DNA of 57,979 bases from a virus (lineage: Duplodnaviria > Caudoviricetes), in IMG/VR virus record IMGVR_UViG_3300037316_000015, positions 1 to 57,979 of that record; one strand, 5' to 3'. Positions within the stretch are counted from its first letter, which is position 1; every line of letters begins with the position of its first letter. The notes under the pieces were generated by a model that saw only the letters and a list, made by a program, of their open reading frames with translations, did no database searches and had not been told where the DNA came from. A program made the position numbers and the translations under genes. This document shows, piece by piece, positions 36,741 through 44,296 of this stretch.

Positions 36741-36953
36741 TCATTTGCCTGGTGGATCAAAGTACCCAGGGTCCTGAGTCTGCTTCTCTCTGGTGTCAGC
36801 GATGTTGACATCGATCTCCCGGACCATGTCTGCCGGCCATTGACCAGTCACGCTGGTAGCAACAATGAGCATGGAGCGCCTAGCGATCATTAGCTCATCG
36901 ATCACTTCCTGATAGGAATGCAGACGCGGTGTTTCAGTCATCGAATCGGGCAT
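36741..36953 (-). CDS. Hypothetical protein
   Basis: GGGAGGA SD before MPDSMTET. Confidence 0.6.
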   Translation of the reverse strand: MPDSMTETPRLHSYQEVIDELMIARRSMLIVATSVTGQWPADMVREIDVNIADTREKQTQDPGYFDPPGK

Positions 36954-37197
36954 CAGTAAGTCCTCCCATTGGTCGCCTGATCTGGCCTCCAAGCGGCACT
37001 GGCTGCCGCGTGACACCTAATCCCTGCAGCACTGTTATGCCGCTGGAAATGAACTGGCAGATAGTCATCACCAGTCCAACTGTTTTGCCAACCCCCTTGA
37101 CGTGTCTTGGTAGCTCGATCGTCTGGCTTTTCTCGGCCCTGTTGTAGAGCAACAAGGTCACTGCAGCTGGAGCGATGATGCCTAACAGCACTGTCAT
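36934..37197 (-). CDS. Small membrane protein
   Basis: Two hydrophobic segments; ATGA coupling. Confidence 0.55.
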   Translation of the reverse strand: MTVLLGIIAPAAVTLLLYNRAEKSQTIELPRHVKGVGKTVGLVMTICQFISSGITVLQGLGVTRQPVPLGGQIRRPMGGLTDARFDD

Positions 37198-38039
37198 AAC
37201 CATGGATTGAAGTCCTGTTCATCGTAGATGTATCTGCGGTAATCCCCGGTGGGGATTGAACTTAGGGCTGTTTCAGCACCGACTTTGGATCTCGCCTCCA
37301 ACAGATCCCAGGTGGCCAGTGCTTCCTGGTCAATGGGATTGCTCGCTATGAGGACATGGTCCATCTTCGGGTAACTCAGGTTCGACCCTGTGTAGTAGCC
37401 GTCGACACGATTCCAAAGTCCGTCGGCTTCTAGTTGCTTGGATAGCTGGAGCATCTCGAGCTCTGACTCTTCGTACTCAGCATCAGGGTTGCTCTCGGGG
37501 TCTGGCACTTCGCCGTACTCCTCCATCAGTGAAATGAAAGCGTCCATCTCGTACCAGCTGGACCTGCTGATCCTCTCATTGCAAGCCTCAACCACGCGGC
37601 GCGCAACCAGGGGTGTGCAGGTTTGGGTGGGAATGCCGTCCCACATGCGAAACACGCTGAGCGAGTCTGCGTACCAGGCATATGGCTGGGCAATGTTCGC
37701 GTCGTCGAAGTGACCCGTGAAGGACGGCCAGAATCTCCAATGGCTATGGAGGTCTGCGTCGAGCAGGTCGTACATCGTTTCAACGCCGGGTTGTCGAGCG
37801 AAGTCGGAGGGTGCTATCCCGCCGACAGGATAGGAACGGAGGATTGAAGCGACCATGACCGGTTCATCCCATTGGTCATGTGCCTGCAGGTGCTCACCTG
37901 CGTAGATGTAGCACCCAGGTTCGGGGAGGCACTGGATGACCAGCACCTCCCCGCCATGCTCCAGGGTGTCAACCTGGTCCTGGTCAACAACGATCCCCAG
38001 CGCCCGGACATCATCCAGGCCGTTACGCCAAGGATCCAC
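37194..38039 (-). CDS. Hypothetical acidic protein
   Basis: 281-aa ORF in the operon. Confidence 0.7.
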   Translation of the reverse strand: MDPWRNGLDDVRALGIVVDQDQVDTLEHGGEVLVIQCLPEPGCYIYAGEHLQAHDQWDEPVMVASILRSYPVGGIAPSDFARQPGVETMYDLLDADLHSHWRFWPSFTGHFDDANIAQPYAWYADSLSVFRMWDGIPTQTCTPLVARRVVEACNERISRSSWYEMDAFISLMEEYGEVPDPESNPDAEYEESELEMLQLSKQLEADGLWNRVDGYYTGSNLSYPKMDHVLIASNPIDQEALATWDLLEARSKVGAETALSSIPTGDYRRYIYDEQDFNPWL

Positions 38040-38042
38040 GGC

Positions 38043-39314
38043 TTATACCGTGGCCAGCACTCGCCCGGCAATCTCTTGCCGGACTGCCTTGATCGTTGCT
38101 GCGAGCACCTTCTTCGTGGCCCCGTACTCCCTTCCTGCGGCTATCTCCACGGGACGCCTTGCGTCACGGTTGCGAAGGTTGGAGTCGGACTCAATCTGGT
38201 GAATCCTCTCCTGAAGGGTGAGCCCGTCAATCTTGACCGGCTCGACTACGACCTCGCCGTTGAGTGGTGCAACAGGCTCCTGGACAGCTGACTTGAAGGC
38301 AACCTTCGTACCAACAGGAGCTCCTTGCTTAACCAGCTCAGCCTCTGCTGCTTTGGCAGCCGCCTCAGTTATCGACGGGGTGAGCACCACCGTCTGGGTG
38401 GCCTCGGCGCCATCGATCAACTTCTTGGCTGCCGCGTCCTGCTTGATCTGCTCGGCAGCTGCCTTCTTCTTGGCAGCTGCCTCGTTGTCCTTCTTCACCT
38501 GAGCAGATGTGCGACGAGGCTTGTAGGTCCTATTCGCTGTCTCCGGTGCAGCCTCAGCAACAGTCTCGGCAAGGACTGCCTCATCCTTGACGGCCTTCAG
38601 TGTCGGACGTACGACGCTGTCGGTCTTGCTGATCGGGCCAATGGTCTTCTCAAACCAGTGGTCCAACGACGCGCCGGCCATCAGGACGACACCGAGCGCG
38701 TAGAGGCCAGTCCCGGTCCAGACAACTCCGGACAGGAACGGGATCGGGATGAGCATGGCGGCCTTGATGCCAACGGCAATGGTGCCAGCATGCTTCACAG
38801 CATGCATGCCATTTGAGTTGACATCGACATGCTTGGCGATGTGGTCATCGCTGAACGTCAAACCCTTGACCAGGGTGCGAGCGCCGAAGCCGACAGCCTT
38901 GTCAGCCATCTTGTTGATCCAGCGGCCAGGTGCCCACAGGTGACTCATCACTGAGTGGCCCATGCTGTAGACCTTGCCGATGACCTTCCCAACACCCTTG
39001 AGCGCAAGGCCCACGGTGTTCTTGATGACCTTGCGGCCAAAGCCAGTCGAGACGGCCAGCAAGCCGATCCCGATACCGCCAGTCCAGCCGACCGCACCAC
39101 CGACCAGACGGGCCATGCCCATGGTCCAGGCACCTGCCGGACGGACGTAGTTGCTCATGGCTGAGGTGAGGTGGAGCTTGTCCACCACGGTTGCCCAGGT
39201 GTCCTTGACGAGCAGGACGGGCTTGTTGGCAATCCGGACTGCAGCTTGAAGGAACTGCTCCTTTACCACCACAAGCGGAGGGCCGCTTGCCGTCTCCAGC
39301 ATTGCTGTACTCAC
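38043..39314 (-). CDS. Membrane protein with Ala/Lys-rich C-terminus
   Basis: AAGGAG SD before GTG 39314; several hydrophobic helices. Confidence 0.7.
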   Translation of the reverse strand: MSTAMLETASGPPLVVVKEQFLQAAVRIANKPVLLVKDTWATVVDKLHLTSAMSNYVRPAGAWTMGMARLVGGAVGWTGGIGIGLLAVSTGFGRKVIKNTVGLALKGVGKVIGKVYSMGHSVMSHLWAPGRWINKMADKAVGFGARTLVKGLTFSDDHIAKHVDVNSNGMHAVKHAGTIAVGIKAAMLIPIPFLSGVVWTGTGLYALGVVLMAGASLDHWFEKTIGPISKTDSVVRPTLKAVKDEAVLAETVAEAAPETANRTYKPRRTSAQVKKDNEAAAKKKAAAEQIKQDAAAKKLIDGAEATQTVVLTPSITEAAAKAAEAELVKQGAPVGTKVAFKSAVQEPVAPLNGEVVVEPVKIDGLTLQERIHQIESDSNLRNRDARRPVEIAAGREYGATKKVLAATIKAVRQEIAGRVLATV

Positions 39315-39489
39315 GATCGTCTCCTTAGGAGATGTGAGGAATGCCACTGGCGAGTGCCAGGGGCCGGGTACCACGTCAAAGGAGCGGGCTACAGGATTGC
39401 CGCGGATGTCTTTTACAAGACCTTCACCGATCACCTGTAGCCACGCTCCATTGATTCTTACAGCTGAAAGCATCCCTACCTCCAGACAT

Positions 39490-39524
39490 AACAAAAGCCA
39501 TGCTGCACAGTGCGAACATGGCTT
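39490..39524 (-). terminator. Intrinsic terminator about 65-95 nt downstream of a promoter
   Basis: AAGCCATGTT..AGCATGGCTT hairpin followed by TTGTT. Confidence 0.6.
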
Positions 39525-39591
39525 AGTTCTCGCGAATCTGGTTGTTTCTCCAGCCGCTTTGCGGCGTGGTTATCTCCAGTCGCTAGGTACA

Positions 39592-39620
39592 ACTATACGG
39601 CAGTTTTACCACAGATGCAA
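39592..39620 (-). promoter_or_regulatory. SigA-type promoter
   Basis: TTGCAT-17 nt-TATAGT; spacer contains TGTGGTAAAA. Confidence 0.75.
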
Positions 39621-39623
39621 TGG

Positions 39624-39833
39624 CTACCACATCTGGCGGTTGTAGATCACTACCGATCCATCGAGTTCAAGCACACACCTACGCCAGTCATTGCCGCATA
39701 TCTCGGCTATGGCTTCCAGCACGATTGGGTGCTGGGCACGGAACACTTCGGGGATGTCGTTGTCCTGGTACCACTTGACCAGTTCGTCGACCTCGAGATG
39801 GACCAAGCTGATGAGTGGTGGTCGCCCCCTCAT
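39624..39833 (-). CDS. Hypothetical protein
   Basis: 69-aa ORF following the upstream gene. Confidence 0.55.
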   Translation of the reverse strand: MRGRPPLISLVHLEVDELVKWYQDNDIPEVFRAQHPIVLEAIAEICGNDWRRCVLELDGSVVIYNRQMW

Positions 39834-39842
39834 GGCTGAGCC

Positions 39843-40454
39843 CTACTGGCCCTGGACCAGGCCGGCAGTCCTGATGGCCTTGTGGGCCCAGTCGTAGGAC
39901 TCTTCATCACCGACATTGGCGTCGTCAGCCATGTCCACGATCTCGGCAGTAGCCGAGTCAAGATCATTGTCGAGGAGGTACTGACGGATGATAGCAAGGT
40001 CATTGCTGAGGACCTTTCCAATAGGCGCACCTTGCTGAGTCCGCACGACGAAACTGTGCAAGTTGGCCTTGTCGAAGGTGAGCTTCGGCAAATCATCGTC
40101 ATTCAACAGTCCAGTCATGAAGGCGGTGGTCTTCTCCTTGGCTGCGTCAACCATGTCCTTGGCAGCCCGCTCGGCATCGCTGAGCGGAGCCGTCATGTTC
40201 TTGAAGACCACGAAGCCGAAGGCGACGACCTTCAGTGTGTTCTCCGGGCTGGCCAGCAAGGTGCGCTGGATCCGGTTGCCGACGACCTTGGGGTTCCTGA
40301 CGATGAACTCAACACCCTTCAGGACCGTCTGGACGGTGGCCCGGTACTCGCTATCCCGGTAGTACTCGAAGTCGGCCTTGAGCTGGACAAACTTGCCGAC
40401 CTGAGCGTTGATGTCGTCGTCGAACCTGGACGCTTCGTTGAAATTGAGCTTCAT
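39843..40454 (-). CDS. Hypothetical protein
   Basis: AGGAGGAG SD before MKLNFNE; strong codon bias. Confidence 0.75.
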   Translation of the reverse strand: MKLNFNEASRFDDDINAQVGKFVQLKADFEYYRDSEYRATVQTVLKGVEFIVRNPKVVGNRIQRTLLASPENTLKVVAFGFVVFKNMTAPLSDAERAAKDMVDAAKEKTTAFMTGLLNDDDLPKLTFDKANLHSFVVRTQQGAPIGKVLSNDLAIIRQYLLDNDLDSATAEIVDMADDANVGDEESYDWAHKAIRTAGLVQGQ

Positions 40455-40525
40455 GGTAATGCTCCTCCTGGAGATAGGCAAAGCAATGGCCGGCCCCAAG
40501 TCGGGACCGGCCTAAACGGAGACAC

Positions 40526-40557
40526 AAAAATAGCCACCGGACAGGTGTCCAGCAGCC
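40526..40557 (-). terminator. Intrinsic terminator in leader
   Basis: GGCTGCTGGAC-ACCT-GTCCGGTGGCT then ATTTTT. Confidence 0.65.
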
Positions 40558-40618
40558 TCACATAGGCACCTGAGAGGCTTACCTTTTGGGCATAGCACTC
40601 TCAAACGCTTATGACTCA

Positions 40619-40647
40619 ATTATGCCATGTTTTTACCACAATAGCAA
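40619..40647 (-). promoter_or_regulatory. SigA-type promoter with extended -10
   Basis: TTGCTA-17 nt-CATAAT with TGn; spacer contains TGTGGTAAAA. Confidence 0.75.
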
Positions 40648-40661
40648 GTTATTACCATGCG

Positions 40662-41126
40662 TTACAGGCTGTATGTGGACGAAACCATGTGAACACCGGT
40701 CATAGAGCGCAAAGTCTCCATGATGAGCACAGCACAGGTGTTCTCGATGTCCTCAGGCACCGCTATCTTCAGGTTCATCAATCCCACCCTGGTTCTGGTC
40801 ACCTGCTCGTAGTCGAGCCCGTACATGCCACCGGATCTGATGATGTGATGGCGAACAAGCAGCTTTGGCACCTTGTCGTACATGGAGATGGCGTCATCGC
40901 TGTACTTGTGCCAGAACCTCGGTGGCTCGTTGGTGACCAACACCTCATAGTCCTCAAAAGGCGGCGTGGGAGGCCAGGAATGTACCCCTGGCCCACCCGC
41001 ACGGAGAGTCATCATCGAGTTGTTGGCCAGGTTCATGGACACCTGTGCCGTCCTGTCGATCCGCCCGATCGTGTCCAGGCGGTCGAATATCGCTTCGATC
41101 TCTGATGAACTGCCGCTCGCCGTCAT
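40662..41126 (-). CDS. Hypothetical protein
   Basis: About 154-aa ORF in the operon. Confidence 0.65.
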   Translation of the reverse strand: MTASGSSSEIEAIFDRLDTIGRIDRTAQVSMNLANNSMMTLRAGGPGVHSWPPTPPFEDYEVLVTNEPPRFWHKYSDDAISMYDKVPKLLVRHHIIRSGGMYGLDYEQVTRTRVGLMNLKIAVPEDIENTCAVLIMETLRSMTGVHMVSSTYSL

Positions 41127-41136
41127 GAGGGAATGC

Positions 41137-42171
41137 TTACGACTTAGCCATCTGCAACAGGATCTTGGCACCGCGAGCCTTCAGTGGCTCTTTGTGCAGG
41201 AGCTGCCGGCTGACGTAGGTGTCAGTGCTGAGGTACTCGCGGTTGTGGTCGTTCCACTCTGTGGTGGCCATCAGCAGACCGTACCCGGTCCAGGCGATAC
41301 CCTCGCAGGTCTCACTGCGCAGGATGGTCCTGATGGACTCCCGCGAACCCTGGACGTTCTCTACCTTCTGCTCAGACATGTCATCGCTGACCGGCAGGAA
41401 CCGCTTCAGGTATCTCTCCCGATCGTTGATGTCGGCTTGCCAGCCGGCCAGCTCCTCGGCGAACTTCAGCCACTTGGTACTCTCGCCGCGTAGTAGGGCG
41501 ATGCCGCGGGCAACCTCAGCCAATCGCTCCTCCCAGTTGGCAGTGTGCTTGATGGTGAATCCGTTGCGCTTGCCATCGGTAGCCTCGGCCCAGGAGTGGG
41601 TGTTGGCACACTGCACTCGGACGTTGGTACCGAACCCGCGCAGGCCACCTTGGCCGTCATGCCGGCTGGACATGCACATGTACCGATAGGTCTTGGACGG
41701 GTCCCAGTCCATCTTCAGAGGCTCGTCGAACTTGATCAAGGCCACGATCTGCCGGCCGCCGTACAAGGCCATCAGAGCCTCGAAGGTCACCGGCTCGGGA
41801 TACAGCAGCTCGCCGTCTGGGCCAACCATCTCGTCCTCGTTCAGGCCCATCACAGTGTCGATGACCTCGCCGTAGGCGGCGTTGGTGATGACCTGGTAGG
41901 ACTTCTTCTGGATGGCGAGCTCGACAGTTGGGTCGGTGAACGACTTGTCGTCACGACAGATGGCTTGATAGTTGGCCGACCGCACGGTGGTGTACCCAGT
42001 CTCGTTGGCCTGTGTCCTGTTGACCGGGGCGGTGTAGACCTCCCAGGTAAGACCCGCTTCCTTGCGGGCGTCTTCCCAGTTGGTTGGGGAGTTCTGAAGA
42101 ACGCTGTTCTCCAGCTTGTGCCATGACGGCGTGTTGACCATAAATCCTGACTCGAACTCAGCTGGTGACAT
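41137..42171 (-). CDS. DUF932/DUF945-family protein
   Basis: PSWHKL, AGLTWEV, SRHDGQG, RVQCANT, IKHT and TGYGLLMATTEW motifs. Confidence 0.85.
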   Translation of the reverse strand: MSPAEFESGFMVNTPSWHKLENSVLQNSPTNWEDARKEAGLTWEVYTAPVNRTQANETGYTTVRSANYQAICRDDKSFTDPTVELAIQKKSYQVITNAAYGEVIDTVMGLNEDEMVGPDGELLYPEPVTFEALMALYGGRQIVALIKFDEPLKMDWDPSKTYRYMCMSSRHDGQGGLRGFGTNVRVQCANTHSWAEATDGKRNGFTIKHTANWEERLAEVARGIALLRGESTKWLKFAEELAGWQADINDRERYLKRFLPVSDDMSEQKVENVQGSRESIRTILRSETCEGIAWTGYGLLMATTEWNDHNREYLSTDTYVSRQLLHKEPLKARGAKILLQMAKS

Positions 42172-42694
42172 CTGGTGCTCCTTGCTTGGTTGGTTGGATC
42201 GGGCGTGCGCTTGCTGCTGCTGCTTCCTTGAGTGCATCGAGGAAGCCTTCGTCGTCGACTGGCACTACCAGGGTGCGTGGGCCGCCGGCCGCCAAGGCCT
42301 GTTCGGACTGGAGCCCGACCAGCTTGGACCTGTTCATGATGATGTTCACGATCGCGGTTACTGCCGGAACGCTGCCGCCCTTGGCTTTTGGCCACAGGAA
42401 CAGCTGCATGGCGTCTAGGCGCCCTACCTCAAGGGTCAGCTGGTCGCGCTGGCTTTTCTCGGTGACCAGGGCTGCTCCTTCCTTCAGGTAACGGTCCACG
42501 TCGGCCTTGCAGGCAATAGCAGTGGGGTACTTCTCGGCGATTGCGATCTCTTCCCAGCTGCTACCTTCCAGGCGCTTGATGTGGCACCGGTAGGCGCGCT
42601 CGGCCTCGGTGACTATCTCACCAGGCACGGCAATCGGCTCAGACGCAGAGTTGCGGAAGACCAGGACCTTGCCTTCCTCTACTTCAGAGCTCAT
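42158..42694 (-). CDS. HTH DNA-binding protein, small-terminase-like
   Basis: RLEGSSWEEIA..LEVGRLDAMQ..LWPKA..RSKLVGL pattern. Confidence 0.55.
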   Translation of the reverse strand: MSSEVEEGKVLVFRNSASEPIAVPGEIVTEAERAYRCHIKRLEGSSWEEIAIAEKYPTAIACKADVDRYLKEGAALVTEKSQRDQLTLEVGRLDAMQLFLWPKAKGGSVPAVTAIVNIIMNRSKLVGLQSEQALAAGGPRTLVVPVDDEGFLDALKEAAAASARPIQPTKQGAPDVTS

Positions 42695-43230
42695 GTTGCC
42701 TCCTTGAGCTTGCGCTTCTTCTTCGGCTTGGCCACAGGTGCCAGTATTTCACCACTGGACCTGCCTATGCCGTACAAACCGATGCACATGGCGTCGACCT
42801 CGTCCTGACCACTGCAGATGTCGGACAGGCCCGGGTGGTGCATGGCCAACCAGTCACCGACCTGCAGCTTGTCCAGCCGTCCATTACCACACACCTGAGC
42901 CTTCCAGGTTGACTGGCCGATGATGTTGACCGAACCCCAGAGCATGGCAGCCTGTACGGCGCCAACTGTCTCTGCCATGGCGATGGTGGTGGTCTGGTTG
43001 GACTTGCCGCCGTTGCTCAGAAACGGCTGCTCCACCCACAGATGTATGTCCTTGGCTGGCACATAGAGATACAGGTTGACGATCTCTCGCAACCACTGGG
43101 TCATGGTCCGCAGCTCCTGGTCGCGTTCCCACACACCAGGCTTCTCCAGGTCACAGTGATAGGCGTGGTTGTACATGGGTACCCCGATGGCCAGCCGGCG
43201 GATGCCGATGTCCACGCCTATGTCGATCAT
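42691..43230 (-). CDS. ruvC: RuvC-like Holliday junction resolvase
   Basis: IGVDIG, WVEQP, TWKAQVCGNG..DK and QDEVDAMCI catalytic pattern. Confidence 0.8.
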   Translation of the reverse strand: MIDIGVDIGIRRLAIGVPMYNHAYHCDLEKPGVWERDQELRTMTQWLREIVNLYLYVPAKDIHLWVEQPFLSNGGKSNQTTTIAMAETVGAVQAAMLWGSVNIIGQSTWKAQVCGNGRLDKLQVGDWLAMHHPGLSDICSGQDEVDAMCIGLYGIGRSSGEILAPVAKPKKKRKLKEAT

Positions 43231-43328
43231 GTGATCACCGACTTGATGGCGTCACAGTGCTTCTGGATCAGAGAAGACCATGGTGGGATTGCAGCCTCGA
43301 CAGCCAGCTTCTCTTGGAGATCAGTCAT
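43227..43328 (-). CDS. 33-aa hypothetical protein
   Basis: MTDLQEKLAVEAAIPPWSSLIQKHCDAIKSVIT fills the gap and is ATGA-coupled to the ruvC-like gene. Confidence 0.5.
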   Translation of the reverse strand: MTDLQEKLAVEAAIPPWSSLIQKHCDAIKSVIT

Positions 43329-44121
43329 GACGATCCCCCTGAGAACTGAGTGAGAACTGAGAAACGGTCGTAGCCTTCAGGCACACGTCCCGATATGGGC
43401 ACCGCCGGTAGACCGTGCCCTTCTTGGCCTTGCACAGGTCAAGCACCTCAGGGAGTTCGTCTTCCTCGACGTAGCGCCGGTAGCTGTTCAGCCGGCGGAT
43501 GACCTCCTGCTCGATCTTCAGGTCACGGCTGATCCTGAACTCGTGAAACGTCCCGGAGGACCGGTTCTCGTAGACCACTGAGGCGATGTCGATGTCTGCC
43601 AGCAGGAAGTAGTTGTGCACCTGTAGCAGGTTCTCCCACTTGGGCCACATGTCTACCGAGACGATCCGGTTGTAGATCTGCCAGGCGGCGCTCTTGAGCT
43701 CGAACAATGAGCCATCGGAGAGCAGACCGTCCATCGACCCACCAGAGAGCAGATCAGGCTCGTGGACCCACATCTCTGCTTCTTTGATGTAACCCAGGGT
43801 CAGACCTTCGGTCTGCCACTTCAGGTGGGTCCACGAGCCATGGTCCATCATCTCCTGGTTGTCGATGTCTGGCTGTCTCCCGGGGGCCCCGGCATAGCCG
43901 AAGACCACTCGTCGATGGCACTCCCCCATCGCAGATGGTGAGAACCGTCCAGGCCGCTCGTGCTTGAACTCGCGGCGTAGCACCTTGGCGGAAAAATCAA
44001 TGGCCTCATCGGAGTAGATCTGCTGCTCCTCAGGGGTTTCCAGCCACTGGACGTGTGGAGCTGTAACCACCAGCTTGGAGCCACGCTGTGCCTCTTCATA
44101 AAGTCCTTTTGTCGTTGCCAT
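43321..44121 (-). CDS. Cas4-like PD-(D/E)xK exonuclease
   Basis: FSPSAMGECHR, G...H, GSMDG, ELKS, QVHNY and C-terminal C..CPY..C. Confidence 0.85.
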   Translation of the reverse strand: MATTKGLYEEAQRGSKLVVTAPHVQWLETPEEQQIYSDEAIDFSAKVLRREFKHERPGRFSPSAMGECHRRVVFGYAGAPGRQPDIDNQEMMDHGSWTHLKWQTEGLTLGYIKEAEMWVHEPDLLSGGSMDGLLSDGSLFELKSAAWQIYNRIVSVDMWPKWENLLQVHNYFLLADIDIASVVYENRSSGTFHEFRISRDLKIEQEVIRRLNSYRRYVEEDELPEVLDLCKAKKGTVYRRCPYRDVCLKATTVSQFSLSSQGDRHD

Positions 44122-44149
44122 GGGTTCACTCCTTGGTTGGTTGGTTGCC

Positions 44150-44296
44150 TCACCTGTTGCGGTTGGCATCGGTGCATGGCACGCACCTGCAGCCGGCGTT
44201 GTAGCTGGTTCGGTTGCCATGCTTGCGGTCAGGCAGGACAACCCCGTCAGTTGTTCGTTTCGGTCGTCCCCTGGTGACCTGTGATGGCTGGGTCAT
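44150..44296 (-). CDS. 48-aa Zn-binding protein with RGRP motif
   Basis: GAAGGA SD; RGRPK and HG...Y..GCRC..C. Confidence 0.6.
   Translation of the reverse strand: MTQPSQVTRGRPKRTTDGVVLPDRKHGNRTSYNAGCRCVPCTDANRNR

Noticed and set aside
40561-40613. GAGAG...CTCTCAGG resemblance to a glycine riboswitch
   Set aside because: Lacks GGAGA and CCGAAG; the segments simply pair with each other in a hairpin.
43321-44121. Cas4-like gene as evidence of a CRISPR system
   Set aside because: No repeat-spacer array or other cas genes; solo Cas4-like nucleases are common in phages.
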